Notes: a model not told the origin generated them from the sequence alone. Positions 33,574 to 44,925 are shown, counted from the stretch's first letter. The stretch: DNA of 55,126 bases from a virus (IMGVR_UViG_3300048672_000495:1-55126); one strand, 5' to 3'. A program made the numbers and translations.

Positions 33574-34955
33574 TGTCAGCAGAAAAATTTGTAGCTTTAT
33601 TTAAAAATTCGCTTATGGGTGGAGATAATAGTAATGCTAAAGCATATTCTGGATGGAAAATTAATAATAAAACTTGGTTAAATTATAATCGTAGAGAATT
33701 AGAAGACATGGGTCTTAGTAAAAAAGTTGGTTTTGCATTAACTGCTGAAACTGCTGAAATTCTCAATAGGACTGAAGAATTTAATGAGTTAGTAAAAGAA
33801 ATTAAAGCAGATAATCCTAGAAGAGGTCCATTCTTAGATGAATCTAATGGTACTGCTATAGTTATATTTCCAGGAGTACCTTTTGAAGGTGGAATAGAAA
33901 AAACTCTTGATAAATTTTTAGGAATAGGAAGTTCTGAATTAGCTAAAGAAATTGGTCTAGTTAAAGGCCATGTATTTGGTATAGCTACAGGAGCAGTTAT
34001 TGGAGTTAAAGAAAGTTTAGAGAAATCCTCTGCTGTAGGTAAAGTAGTAGAAAAAGAAGTATTAGATAGTGCTTTAGAATTTTTAGATGTATTAACAGAT
34101 CACTTAAGAAAGTTAGATATTGAATCTAGTACTATTAAAAATTTCTCTAGTAATATTTTATCTAAGTATAATAAGAGTAGTAGACATTTTTTAGTTGAGT
34201 TACAACTTGACAGTGAAAATTCTGAAAGTGCTAAATTAGTACAAAAGTTAGCTGGTAGAACAGTAAACGCCTCTACAGGTATACGAGGATTAATGAATCC
34301 TGGTGGACACCAAAAGAATCTTATAAAAGAAATTTTAGGAATTCTTAAAGCACAAGGATTAACAGATCCTGAAAAGCTTATAAAATTTGAATCTTCTCCT
34401 CCTATGATTGATCTTATTACTGATGATATAGTAAGTGCTATATCTGGTAATAAAAAGAAGTATAAAGATAAGTATACTGGAGAAGTTAAAGTAGGTAAAA
34501 TAACTACTTTATATGTTAATGAACAGGCTAAGCAAAAATATAGGAATGATCTTAAGAAGTTAACTGTACAAACACAGTTATATAAAACAAAACTTAAGAA
34601 ACGTAAAGCTAAAAGAATTACTCCAGGTATGACGATTTCTAATTTGGAATCTATACTACGTAGTAGATTGGCTATGCAGATTAAAGAAAATATGGGGACA
34701 GGAAATGCACAGAATGTTCTCAATTATAGGACTGGACGCTTCGCAGAGTCGGCGACTATTGAACGAGCAACTCAATCTAGAGCGGGCATGGTTTCAGTAT
34801 TCTATAACTACATGCGGAATCCTTATGGAACCTTTTCGGACGGTGGCAAACAACAGTACCCTAGGTCAAGAGACCCAAAAATCCTAATATCAAAAAGTAT
34901 AAGGGAAATAGGTGCTACATTAGCATTTAATAGAATGCGAGCCATTTTAGTATAG
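33573..34955 (+). CDS. tail completion (neck) protein with long N-terminal extension
   Basis: C-terminal LNYRTGRFA..YNYM..PY..RDPKILISKSIREI. Confidence 0.65.
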   Translation: MSAEKFVALFKNSLMGGDNSNAKAYSGWKINNKTWLNYNRRELEDMGLSKKVGFALTAETAEILNRTEEFNELVKEIKADNPRRGPFLDESNGTAIVIFPGVPFEGGIEKTLDKFLGIGSSELAKEIGLVKGHVFGIATGAVIGVKESLEKSSAVGKVVEKEVLDSALEFLDVLTDHLRKLDIESSTIKNFSSNILSKYNKSSRHFLVELQLDSENSESAKLVQKLAGRTVNASTGIRGLMNPGGHQKNLIKEILGILKAQGLTDPEKLIKFESSPPMIDLITDDIVSAISGNKKKYKDKYTGEVKVGKITTLYVNEQAKQKYRNDLKKLTVQTQLYKTKLKKRKAKRITPGMTISNLESILRSRLAMQIKENMGTGNAQNVLNYRTGRFAESATIERATQSRAGMVSVFYNYMRNPYGTFSDGGKQQYPRSRDPKILISKSIREIGATLAFNRMRAILV

Positions 34956-34964
34956 GATTAAATA

Positions 34965-35405
34965 ATGTCAAGAAGAGCCAGTATCGTTAATGCTATTACT
35001 GAAAATTTAAAGGTTATTGATGGTACTGGAACCTATAAAACTAATATATTCAATAACTCATTTTCTAAATTAAAATTCTGGGATGAGGTTAATGATTTTC
35101 CTTGCTGCTACGTAGTAGCAGGTTCAGAAACAAGAGAGTATATGCCAGCAGCATTTGCCTGGGGTTTCCTTAATGTGTGTATTAAGGTATACACTAAAGG
35201 GGAAGATGCTCAACAGCTATTAGAGAATTTGTTAGAAGATATTGAGAATGTAATTGATGGTAAAAGAGGGGTTATAGTATATGACTCTACAAATAATTAT
35301 TCTACATCTGAATTATCTATAACATCCATAGTAACAGACGAAGGTCTGTTAAATCCTTACGGAGTTGGAGAAGTTACTCTACTAGTAAGATATCAGGTAA
35401 TGTAA
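34965..35405 (+). CDS. tail terminator protein
   Basis: FWDEVNDFP, ETREY, LLEDIE, TDEGLL.PYGVGE (T5 p142-like). Confidence 0.85.
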   Translation: MSRRASIVNAITENLKVIDGTGTYKTNIFNNSFSKLKFWDEVNDFPCCYVVAGSETREYMPAAFAWGFLNVCIKVYTKGEDAQQLLENLLEDIENVIDGKRGVIVYDSTNNYSTSELSITSIVTDEGLLNPYGVGEVTLLVRYQVM

Positions 35406-35511
35406 TGAGAACTCATACCTCCTAGTATGGGGAAATAGTACCTACGTACCAATACAGATAATAATCTAGTTAGAGTATAAATGGTACATTAATCTTTTAA
35501 AGGAAAGATAA

Positions 35512-36984
35512 ATGGCATCAACATTCAATCTTGTACGCAATTCTCGCGTATTCTTCACAACAAACGTAGACGCCACAACAGGGGTAATTCCTAGTTCTGG
35601 TGCTACAATCACGCCAACTAATACATTCGAACTTCAGGTTCTAGATGGTTTTAGTTTCACGCAAGGTACTCAACAAGCTACTATTCAAATTAGTGAAGCT
35701 GGTAATACCCCTACTCGTGGTCAGCGTGCTTTCAATACACAGTTAGATCCAGTTGACTTTTCATTCTCTACATATATCCGCCCAGAACTTAATGGTGGCT
35801 TAGTAAGAGCTGAAGAACAAGTTCTATGGAATGCCCTATTTACAGATAAATCGTTAGATATTACACCTAGCGCAGTATTAACAACTACTGCACTAACTCG
35901 TGGATCAACTACTACTAATTCAGCAACTATTACTTGTACGGCATTTAACTTTACTGGTGCTGGTATGGCTGTTAATGACGTAGTTTCACTTGGTGGACTA
36001 CCTGCTACAGTAACTAATGCTATTGAATGGACAGGTCCTGTAAAACTTACAGCATTTGCTCCTAACGCAACAGCAGCTACTTCAGTAAGTATCGATTACC
36101 TAACAGCGCCATCAGCCGCTGCGGGCGCAACTTGCACAACTGCACCAACAACTGTTAAACTAGCTAGAGGTGCTTTCGTTCAACAAGTATCTAGTGCTAC
36201 TAACCCATCGTTCGCTCAAATTCATACTGGTGCTTCTAACAAGAATCAACTACAGAAATTTGGTATGTACTTTGTGGTTGATAATCAAATGTATGCGGTT
36301 GATAACTGTGCACTTGATCAAGCATCTATCGACTTTGGTCTTGATGGTATTGCTACAGTTGCATGGACTGGTAAAGCTACGGCTCTACGTCAACTTACAA
36401 GTACCGCTGTAATTTCTACTGCTAACCCAGCAGTATTCTCTGGTGGTGGTAACGCTACTGGTACAGCATCTACTAAGGTTACTACTGCTCCTTACATTAC
36501 CAATAAGCTATCAACAATGAAGCTTGAAGGTCAAATTCAAGGTGGTGGTACTACTTACACAGTAGCACTAACTGGTGGTAACATTACGATTGCAAATAAC
36601 ATTAATTATGTTATTCCTGCTAATCTAGGTGTTGTGAACTCAGCTATTGGCTATTTCACTGGAACACGTAGTATTTCAGGTAACGTAACAGCATATCTAA
36701 GAACAGGTACTGGTAACTCAGCTCAGGTTCTATCAGATATTCTGACTGCTAATGCTTCTGAAACTAAGTTCAAGACTCAGATTGAAATCGGTGGAGCATC
36801 TAATTCAGTACACGTTGATCTATTAATTAATGGTGCTGTTCTTCAGACTCCTACTGTTGAAACTGGTGATGTTATGTCAACTACAATCAACTTCAATGCT
36901 CAAGGTTACGATCCAATACTAGCAACCAATACATACGATATTGGCCAAACCAACGATCTGAAAATCACATACTACTCAGTATAA
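35512..36984 (+). CDS. major tail tube protein (T5 pb6-like)
   Basis: LVRNSRVF..EAG..PTRG..FSFSTYIRP..TGTRSISG; terminator follows. Confidence 0.88.
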   Translation: MASTFNLVRNSRVFFTTNVDATTGVIPSSGATITPTNTFELQVLDGFSFTQGTQQATIQISEAGNTPTRGQRAFNTQLDPVDFSFSTYIRPELNGGLVRAEEQVLWNALFTDKSLDITPSAVLTTTALTRGSTTTNSATITCTAFNFTGAGMAVNDVVSLGGLPATVTNAIEWTGPVKLTAFAPNATAATSVSIDYLTAPSAAAGATCTTAPTTVKLARGAFVQQVSSATNPSFAQIHTGASNKNQLQKFGMYFVVDNQMYAVDNCALDQASIDFGLDGIATVAWTGKATALRQLTSTAVISTANPAVFSGGGNATGTASTKVTTAPYITNKLSTMKLEGQIQGGGTTYTVALTGGNITIANNINYVIPANLGVVNSAIGYFTGTRSISGNVTAYLRTGTGNSAQVLSDILTANASETKFKTQIEIGGASNSVHVDLLINGAVLQTPTVETGDVMSTTINFNAQGYDPILATNTYDIGQTNDLKITYYSV

Positions 36985-37001
36985 TCTGAGAGTATTTTTC
37001 A

Positions 37002-37034
37002 AAGGATGCGGATTGATCCCCGCATCCTCTTTTT
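37002..37034 (+). terminator. intrinsic terminator
   Basis: AGGATGCGG-ATTGATCC-CCGCATCCT-CTTTT. Confidence 0.75.
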
Positions 37035-37067
37035 ACCTAACTATATAATAATTAAGGATAGCAATAA

Positions 37068-37496
37068 ATGGCTACAGCTGTTACTCCCTCACTAAAGTCT
37101 TTACTAGTTCCTAGTAAGTCAGTAGAGGTAGAATATCCAGGATTTCCTGGATTTAAGGTTAATGTTTCATTCCTATCAAGAGAAACTCTAATTAATATTC
37201 GAAAGAAGTCAACTAAGACTACATATAAGAATAGACAACCGGTGGAAGAACTAGACGATAAGCTTTTCTTAAAGCTATATGTTGAGGCTTCTATTAAGGA
37301 TTGGTCAGGACTTAAGTTATCTTATGTAGAACAATTAGCTCCGGTAGACATGTCAGGACAAAATCCAGAAGCAGAACTACCATTTAGTAATGATGAAGCT
37401 CTATCCCTAATGCAAGCCTCTGCTAACTTTGATGCATTTATTAGTGAAACTGTAACGGATCTTTCAAATTTCACGAAGCCCAGTACCAAGAGTTAA
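37068..37496 (+). CDS. tail assembly chaperone (G-like)
   Basis: YPGFPGF..LSRE..WSGL; between tail tube and TMP. Confidence 0.85.
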   Translation: MATAVTPSLKSLLVPSKSVEVEYPGFPGFKVNVSFLSRETLINIRKKSTKTTYKNRQPVEELDDKLFLKLYVEASIKDWSGLKLSYVEQLAPVDMSGQNPEAELPFSNDEALSLMQASANFDAFISETVTDLSNFTKPSTKS

Positions 37497-37843
37497 ACGA
37501 ACAACTTAATTCGTATTTCTCCAATGCTAATCTGGGCGTTACTAAGGAACAGTATTTTAATATATGTGAAGCCTTAGGGAACGAACCTTTAGAAGAAGAA
37601 ATACCTATCGAGTACGAAGATTTATCTTTAGATGTACAGGAAGCCCTGGGCATATATTCAAAGCTTCGGGATGAGTGGGATATGATGAATGGTGTTTATT
37701 TAGGTAAAAACTATTCTGGAATAACTGAAATATTCCGAATGTTAGAGGTTCCACGTGAAGATTGGAGAACGATGTTTGATCTAATTGGTATAATAGATAA
37801 ATATCGTGGTAAAGTTATTAAAGAAAATATGCCTAAGAAATAG
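37466..37843 (+). CDS. tail assembly chaperone GT extension via -1 frameshift
   Basis: slippery A AAT TTC at 37466-37472; -1 frame open to TAG 37843 (TKEQYFNICEALG.EP..YLGK). Confidence 0.8.
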   Translation, partial: KFHEAQYQELNEQLNSYFSNANLGVTKEQYFNICEALGNEPLEEEIPIEYEDLSLDVQEALGIYSKLRDEWDMMNGVYLGKNYSGITEIFRMLEVPREDWRTMFDLIGIIDKYRGKVIKENMPKK

Positions 37844-37867
37844 CCCCTCATTGTAGGGGCTATTTTT
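37839..37867 (+). terminator. intrinsic terminator
   Basis: AATAGCCCCT-CATTGT-AGGGGCTATTTTT. Confidence 0.8.
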
Positions 37868-37888
37868 ATGCCCATTGAAATTTGACTA

Positions 37889-37917
37889 TTGACAATATTT
37901 ACCTAATATGCTATAAT
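37889..37917 (+). promoter_or_regulatory. consensus promoter upstream of tape measure
   Basis: TTGACA-17-TATAAT. Confidence 0.85.
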
Positions 37918-37984
37918 GTTGACAAGTTCGAATTTATACTTAATTTTTAGGTTTAAATAGTTTATACTCCTTATAGGAGAATAC

Positions 37985-40900
37985 ATGGTAGATAAGACAG
38001 TTATTCCTGTAGAAGTAACCTCTAATGGTACTACGGATAATGAAATTAAAAAGGCAGATAAGTTATCGGCAGCTTATAAACTAGCTGCTGCTTCTGCTGC
38101 CTCTGTACGTACTCCCGCTGCTGTTGTTGCTGCTAAAGGTGGTGTAGCTAACGCTGCTGCTGCTAAACAAGGACAACAGGCTCAGGACTCTAATACTGCT
38201 CGTGGTATTGGTGGAATGACAGGTGCTGCAGGTAGAGATTTCGCCGCTCAAGCTCAAGGCTTAGGCGGACTTGTTCACGTCTATGCTACATTCGCTGCTA
38301 ACTTATTTGCTATTACTGCTGCATTCGGAGCACTATCAAAAGCAGCAGATACAACTAATATGATTAAGGGATTAGACCAACTAGGCGCAGCTAGTGGTCG
38401 TGGTCTTGGTAGTCTTGCTAAACAACTAACTGCTGTTACAGATGGAGCTATTTCATTAAGAGATGCTATGACAGCTACTGCACAAGCTAGTGCAGGTGGT
38501 ATGTCGGGTGAAAATATTCTAAGACTGGGTAAAGTAGCTAAACAAGCTTCACAGGCACTTGGTATTGATATGCCAAACGCTGTAAGTCGTTTAAGTCGCG
38601 GTATTACTAAACTAGAACCAGAATTATTAGATGAACTTGGTATTATGGTTCGTGTAGATCGTGCTAGTGAAGCTTATGCTTTAAAGCTAGGTAAGGCTAC
38701 ATCAGCACTAACAGATTTTGAAAAGCGTCAAGGTTTTGCTAATGCAGTACTAGAACAGGGTGAACAGAAATTCGGAGCAATTCAGCTCAATGCAAATCCT
38801 TATTCTAAGATTCTAGCAAGTACTGAAAATCTATTACAATCTGGACTAGAACTAGTTAATAAGTTTTTTGGTCCACTATTAGCTATTTTATCTACAAGTC
38901 CTACTGCACTGGCTACTGTGCTAGGTGGTATTGCAACTATACTTCTTAAGCAAGCTATACCAGCTATTGGTATGTTTAGACAAAATGCTAAGATAATGGC
39001 TGAAGAAGCTCATAAGAGAGTTGTACAACAAGTTAAAGATCAGCAAGAAGCAGCAGTTAGATCAGACGTTATAGCATCAACTGCTGCTGAAATTTCTTTC
39101 CAAAGAGAAAAGAATACAATAGAAAGAATTAGTAAATTAAAGAAAACTACTACTAATAAAGATATAGTTAGCGAAGCTTCTAGACAAACTATCAAAGGTG
39201 GAGTATTTGCTGCAAGTCCAGAACAGATGGCAGCACTTAAGAAAGAATCAGATATTCTTTTAGCTACTACTGATGATACGTTAAAGAAACAAGGAGAAAA
39301 ATTAGCTAAATATTATGCTTCAGCAGATAAATTAAGACAAGAAAATACAGCTAGAGGTGATGCTGCAGCGCAAGCTAATGAGCAAAGAGATAATAAATGG
39401 TATTCACATCAAGAACAGCTAACTAGAAATTTAGAGAAATTAAATAGAGCTTCTGCTAAAAGAATAGTACTATCTGGAGTAGCGGATACTGCTGCAACTT
39501 TAGGTCCTGCATATGCCTTTAAACAGTTAAGGGAAGAAGTAGGTAAACTAGATGCTGGCAAAGTATCTAAGGGATTTACTATGTTACAAGGTTCTATTAG
39601 CATAGCTACTTCAGCAGCAACAACTGCTATTAATGCATTTGGAGTATGGGCACAAGTAATAGGTTTAGTAGTAGCTGCAGTAGCTTTATTAGATGGCTGG
39701 CTTAGTACATCATCTAAACAAGCAGCAGAGTTTGCTACTTCAGTAGAGTCATTAAATGCTACATTTGATAATATAGGTCGTACATTAGAAGATATAGCTA
39801 GGAAACCATTATTACAACAATTAAGTGTTGAATCAGTTCAAGCTAAAGCTAATGCATTAGGTGAATTAAATGGTGCATTAAAAACTACTGTATTTAATTT
39901 TGGTAAATTACAAGAAGCCCAAAGTGGATGGGATAAGTTTTTTGATGGATTCTGGGATTTATTTGGAAAAGGTTCTGGCGATATACTTGCCAGAGGAATT
40001 TCTTCGTCTGTTGTAAATGCCTTTAAGGTAATGGATGAAGGTCCTGCTAAAGATGCAGCTAAAAAATCTCTACAAAATTTACTAGGTAAAGACATTGATT
40101 TTACTAATATCGATAATTTCAATGCAAAAATTAAAGATCTTGATAAATCTAAAATCGGAGAAATTGGTAAAAATATCTCTAGTATTTTAGATAAAGCTAA
40201 TAATCAAGCAGGTAACGCAGCAGCAGCCTTAACAGAGGCTAAAGCTGCTATGTCTAATGTAAACTTAGAATTTGATAAGTTAACTATAAGTGTTAAACTT
40301 ACTGATGAATTTACAAAGATGGGTACTGCTCTTAATGAAGCATCATTAAAGATTGGTACAGCCCTAAGAGATCCTATTAATGGGCTAGTTACTTTAAGAG
40401 ATTTAGCTGCGGATATGAAGACTATGTCTTTCCTACCAGCCGAAACATCTAATAGCTTAGCTAATTCTAGAAAAGAACTAGAGAAATTATCTATTGAATT
40501 ACAACTTGCTAGAAATAATCTTAGAGATATTAGTAATGAAAAAGTTAAACTAGCTAGCGTTAAAGGTGGTGGAAAAGTAGATTCTGTTGAATCCCAAGTA
40601 AGAGCAGCCCAAGCGCAGTTAGACTCTAGAAAAAATGAAGCTAAATCAGTATTAGTAGACTTAGAAGCAAAGAATAAGGATGCACTATCTAAGTGGGCAA
40701 AAGTAAGTATTGAAATATTCCAAAAAGGATTAGAATATTCTGAAAAAGGGTTAGCTAAATCTTTATCAGAAGCAGCTATTATTGCTGCTAAAGGATATAC
40801 AGATATAATTAAATCAGCTGGTGGGAATACCGCCGTACTAGATGCCTCATTACAAAATAAGACTATAGATTTACAAATTAGAGATTTGGAAGCTAGATAT

Positions 40901-43900
40901 GCAAATACAAATGCTTTACAACTATCTACTCTCGCATCAGAAGCTAATACATTAGCTCTTGAAAAGTCAGAACTGCGTAGAGAGATAGAAAATAAACAGG
41001 GTAAAGGATTAGACACAACTGCGTTAGAATTAACTTTTAGTAATATTGAAAAGGCTATCAAAGAAAACGCCTTAGCATCTACAACTGCTAAAGCAGGACC
41101 AGGTGCGGTATTAGCTCTTAATAGACAGTTTGGTGGAAAAAATGCTAATAGTAATGCAGATTCAGTAGAATTTGGTGCTGTAAGAAGATTAGGTCCAGCT
41201 ACTGAAAATGCAAGAGGTTTACAAGGACAATTAGCAATAAAATCAGCTGAAAAACTTAATATTGAACTAAATAAAAGAGTAAACCTAGTCAAGGAAGAAT
41301 ATAACGATAGACTAAGGATACTAGATTTAACTACAAGAACTCTTAATATACAGCAAAATGATATTAAGAATATCGAAAGTATTGATTCTATGTACAATAG
41401 TATTGTACAGGCTAAAAAAGAAGAATTACGTATTTCTCAAATATATAATGATGACGAGAAGAAACTATTAGCTAATGAAAGAGAAATAGCCTCATTACGT
41501 ATAGCAGAAGAAGCTGCCAGAAAAAATAAAGATGTTGGCGCAGTTAATGCCGCTATAGACGCCCGTGCTAAATTAACTGTTGAACGTACTAAACAGGAAG
41601 CGGAGCTTAGAGATAATCTTAATGCTAATAGTATTAAGAATATTAAAGAAAGAACTGCCGGAGAAAAGGCATTAGCGGAACAACAAATTTCAGATGCACT
41701 TAAGTTAAAAGATGCGCAGGATTCATTAATATCTGCTAGAGAATCTTCTCAAACTGCTGATATTAATTATAGAAAAGCTATAGGTACACTTAGTGAATCT
41801 AATGCTTCTATACTATCAACAGAAATTGAATTGTCAGCCCAACAACGTAATTTTGATAAAGAATCACTAGCATTAGTAAATGCTAAAAATCTAGCGTTAG
41901 CAGATATAAATGGTAAATTAGAGATTGCTAGATCATTAGCCGAAACAACTGAATCAAAAGCTAAGATAGCTGATTTAGAGGCTGAAAAAGCAAAAATTAT
42001 TGAAATTTCTGGTGTACAGAGGGACGCACTTAATTTACAAAATGAGTCAAGAATAAAAGCAATTAATTTATTAGAAGAACAAAACCAAAAGTTAATAGAT
42101 CAAGCCAATATAGTAGAACAACTTAATGTTTTATTTGGTAACATAGGCGTAAACTTATTTGAAGCTGTAAAAGCACTTCAATTAATGGCTGAAACAGATT
42201 CTGATTATTTAAGAAAGAAGACAGAATTAACTGATAAACTAAAAGATTCTAATGATCCGGAAGAAAATACTAATATAGCTATTCAGTTAGCCAAATTAGA
42301 AACTAAACATACTAAAGATCAATTACTAGGCATAAGTTCAGTAGCAAAATCTACTAAGAAAATGTTCTCGGAAAAAACTGCTGCCTATAAGGCATTCAGT
42401 GCTATTGAGAAAGTTACGTCTGCCATTAGTATGGCATTACAAGTAAAGGAAATGGCCGTATCATTAGCAGCATTACCAGGTAAAATTGCTAACGGTGTAG
42501 CTGAATTATTTGATCAAGGTGGTTGGGCTGGTTTTGCAGGAGCAGCAGCCTTCTTAGCCCTAATGGGATCATTAGGTGGAAAAAGTGCGTCTGTACCACA
42601 AGCTGGTATGACTGCTGAAGATATGCAGAAATCACAAGGTACTGGTCAATCATGGGTAGGTGGTAAACTTACTGATAATGGTGGAGGTACTTTTGGAGAT
42701 ACATCAGCAAAATCTGAATCTATTGTAAACTCTCTAGAGATTATTAGAGATAATACGTTAGAAGGATTACATTATGATGATGCTATGCTTCAAGCACTTC
42801 AAAGTATTAATAAAGCTATAGGTAGTACTGCTAAAAGTTTATATAGTGTTCCAGGATTACGTTCTGGTTCTATTTCTGGTATGGCTGATGTGTCTATTAG
42901 TAATAGTGGTATTAGAGGTCTATTTGGAAAGTCAACTCAAAAAGAAATTATTGATTCAGGATTATTAATATCTGGAACATTTAGCCAACTAGCTACTTCA
43001 GCATCTGGATTAGTTAAAGCATATGAAACTGTAAGAACTACAGTTCATAAGAGTGGTTTCTTTGGTATTGGAGCTAAAACTACTGTATCAGATTCACAAA
43101 ACTTTATACAAGTAGGTGCAGACGTAGAAAATACTATATCTAGTATTTTCTCAAACGCTCAAGATCTATTTGTTGCAGCCGGTGAAAAGATAGGAATGTC
43201 TGCAAGTACTGTTATATCTAAACTTAATAAAATAGATGTAGGTAGTGCTTTCGCCAGTTTACGTGGACTTAAGGGTGACGAGTTAGAGAAAGAATTCTCA
43301 GCAGTTATTGGTAATTTATTAGACAGTGCTGCTAATTCACTATTCGCTAATATGGAAAAATATCGCGAATTTGGTGAAGGAATGCTTGAGACTGTAATTA
43401 GAGTAGTTGATGGTGCTGAAAAAGTTAATGTAGCACTACATAGTATTGGTGTAAGTATAGTTAATATTGGTACTAGAAGCTTTGATGTTACGGAAGCACT
43501 TATTGAAGGTGCTGGTGGACTTCAACACTTTAGTGATCAGGTTAAATATTTCAGCGATAACTTCTTAACAGAAGCAGAACGTTTAGCACCTATATCTGAA
43601 AATGTTACTAAGGTATTAGGAGATTTAGGATATTCAAGTGTAGATACTAGAGATGAATTTAAACGTTTAGTACAAAGTTTAGATTTAACTACTGTATACG
43701 GTCAAGAAACATATCAAAAATTAATGGATATTTCAGGTGCTTTTGCAACCCTATATCCAGAACTTAAGAAGCTAATGACTATTGAGGAAGCTAGAAAAGC
43801 TATGCTTTCTCAAACTATTGAAATTCTTAAGTTACAGGGTAGAACTACTGAAGCGTTAACACTGCAAAGACTAGAAGAACTTGCAGCAATGGAAGACATC

Positions 43901-44914
43901 CTAAAACCAGGGCAATTGTACATTTACGCCCTACAGGACGAAGCCGCTATCAAGGCCCAATTAAAGACAGCTTACGAAAAAGAAAGTGCTGCTCTAAAGA
44001 GTACAATTAGTAATCTTAAGAGTGCAATTAAGACTTTAGCAGATTTTAGAGACAGTTTATTACTTAGTGATAAGAGTAACCTAACTCCGATGCAAAAGTA
44101 TGAAGAAACAAGACGTAAGGCCATGGAAGTAGCAGCTATTGCAAATGGTATTGCAATTACTGATGCTGAAATACAAGCTAAAAATGATGCTATAAATAAT
44201 CTACCAGCAGTATCATCTGCTTTCTTAGATGCATCAAGGGCTCTTTTTGCAAGCTCTGACCAATATAATGCAGATTTCCAATCTGTATTAGATATGTTAG
44301 ATAATACATCTAGTGCACTAACTACTCAACTGACAACAGCTGAATTACAGTTAGCAGCATTAGATACTATGGCAGAAATGATTGGTCTTATTGCAGATAG
44401 TAGTAAAACTACAGCTGAATTATTAATTGAATACAGAGATGCTCAAGCTGTAACAGCATTAGCAGCTGCTAATTATTCAGAAAATATTACAGCTATAACA
44501 GCAGAACTACTATCTAAGGCAGGATTAACTAATGAATTAATGGCTGTAATGATTGGCATTATGGATCCTAGTAAGCTAGGTACTGCTACTGGATTAATAG
44601 CTGCTAATACTGCGTCATATACTACTACGACAGCAGCAAATGCACCAACAATGGCTATTCCAGCACCACCAACTAGAGCAACGGCTATGTCTGTTACTCC
44701 AACACAAGCTGCTAATGATGCTTTAATGATACAAGTTGCTAATCTTACAGCAGAAGTTGCTGGATTAAGAGCAGATCAGCAAAACCAAACTGGAGCAGTA
44801 ATAGCCACAAACTATGATGCAAATAAACAAAATGCAGCTGCTGTTAATAATACTCTTACAGGTATTGTAGGTGCTGCAGGATGGTTAGCACGCACTAAGT
44901 TTGCTTTAGCGTAA
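37985..44914 (+). CDS. tape measure protein
   Basis: 2309 aa, Ala-rich coiled coil, T5 pb2-like N-terminus (GRDFAAQAQGLGGLVHVYATFAANLFA; KLEPELLDELGI). Confidence 0.95.
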   Translation: MVDKTVIPVEVTSNGTTDNEIKKADKLSAAYKLAAASAASVRTPAAVVAAKGGVANAAAAKQGQQAQDSNTARGIGGMTGAAGRDFAAQAQGLGGLVHVYATFAANLFAITAAFGALSKAADTTNMIKGLDQLGAASGRGLGSLAKQLTAVTDGAISLRDAMTATAQASAGGMSGENILRLGKVAKQASQALGIDMPNAVSRLSRGITKLEPELLDELGIMVRVDRASEAYALKLGKATSALTDFEKRQGFANAVLEQGEQKFGAIQLNANPYSKILASTENLLQSGLELVNKFFGPLLAILSTSPTALATVLGGIATILLKQAIPAIGMFRQNAKIMAEEAHKRVVQQVKDQQEAAVRSDVIASTAAEISFQREKNTIERISKLKKTTTNKDIVSEASRQTIKGGVFAASPEQMAALKKESDILLATTDDTLKKQGEKLAKYYASADKLRQENTARGDAAAQANEQRDNKWYSHQEQLTRNLEKLNRASAKRIVLSGVADTAATLGPAYAFKQLREEVGKLDAGKVSKGFTMLQGSISIATSAATTAINAFGVWAQVIGLVVAAVALLDGWLSTSSKQAAEFATSVESLNATFDNIGRTLEDIARKPLLQQLSVESVQAKANALGELNGALKTTVFNFGKLQEAQSGWDKFFDGFWDLFGKGSGDILARGISSSVVNAFKVMDEGPAKDAAKKSLQNLLGKDIDFTNIDNFNAKIKDLDKSKIGEIGKNISSILDKANNQAGNAAAALTEAKAAMSNVNLEFDKLTISVKLTDEFTKMGTALNEASLKIGTALRDPINGLVTLRDLAADMKTMSFLPAETSNSLANSRKELEKLSIELQLARNNLRDISNEKVKLASVKGGGKVDSVESQVRAAQAQLDSRKNEAKSVLVDLEAKNKDALSKWAKVSIEIFQKGLEYSEKGLAKSLSEAAIIAAKGYTDIIKSAGGNTAVLDASLQNKTIDLQIRDLEARYANTNALQLSTLASEANTLALEKSELRREIENKQGKGLDTTALELTFSNIEKAIKENALASTTAKAGPGAVLALNRQFGGKNANSNADSVEFGAVRRLGPATENARGLQGQLAIKSAEKLNIELNKRVNLVKEEYNDRLRILDLTTRTLNIQQNDIKNIESIDSMYNSIVQAKKEELRISQIYNDDEKKLLANEREIASLRIAEEAARKNKDVGAVNAAIDARAKLTVERTKQEAELRDNLNANSIKNIKERTAGEKALAEQQISDALKLKDAQDSLISARESSQTADINYRKAIGTLSESNASILSTEIELSAQQRNFDKESLALVNAKNLALADINGKLEIARSLAETTESKAKIADLEAEKAKIIEISGVQRDALNLQNESRIKAINLLEEQNQKLIDQANIVEQLNVLFGNIGVNLFEAVKALQLMAETDSDYLRKKTELTDKLKDSNDPEENTNIAIQLAKLETKHTKDQLLGISSVAKSTKKMFSEKTAAYKAFSAIEKVTSAISMALQVKEMAVSLAALPGKIANGVAELFDQGGWAGFAGAAAFLALMGSLGGKSASVPQAGMTAEDMQKSQGTGQSWVGGKLTDNGGGTFGDTSAKSESIVNSLEIIRDNTLEGLHYDDAMLQALQSINKAIGSTAKSLYSVPGLRSGSISGMADVSISNSGIRGLFGKSTQKEIIDSGLLISGTFSQLATSASGLVKAYETVRTTVHKSGFFGIGAKTTVSDSQNFIQVGADVENTISSIFSNAQDLFVAAGEKIGMSASTVISKLNKIDVGSAFASLRGLKGDELEKEFSAVIGNLLDSAANSLFANMEKYREFGEGMLETVIRVVDGAEKVNVALHSIGVSIVNIGTRSFDVTEALIEGAGGLQHFSDQVKYFSDNFLTEAERLAPISENVTKVLGDLGYSSVDTRDEFKRLVQSLDLTTVYGQETYQKLMDISGAFATLYPELKKLMTIEEARKAMLSQTIEILKLQGRTTEALTLQRLEELAAMEDILKPGQLYIYALQDEAAIKAQLKTAYEKESAALKSTISNLKSAIKTLADFRDSLLLSDKSNLTPMQKYEETRRKAMEVAAIANGIAITDAEIQAKNDAINNLPAVSSAFLDASRALFASSDQYNADFQSVLDMLDNTSSALTTQLTTAELQLAALDTMAEMIGLIADSSKTTAELLIEYRDAQAVTALAAANYSENITAITAELLSKAGLTNELMAVMIGIMDPSKLGTATGLIAANTASYTTTTAANAPTMAIPAPPTRATAMSVTPTQAANDALMIQVANLTAEVAGLRADQQNQTGAVIATNYDANKQNAAAVNNTLTGIVGAAGWLARTKFALA

Positions 44915-44925
44915 TAAATTTACTC

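Noticed and set aside
40204-41397. 397-aa minus-strand ORF (also 34100-34723, 25057-25578, 10864-11388, 6513-7022)
   Set aside because: Antisense shadows of well-supported genes, with no RBS or motifs
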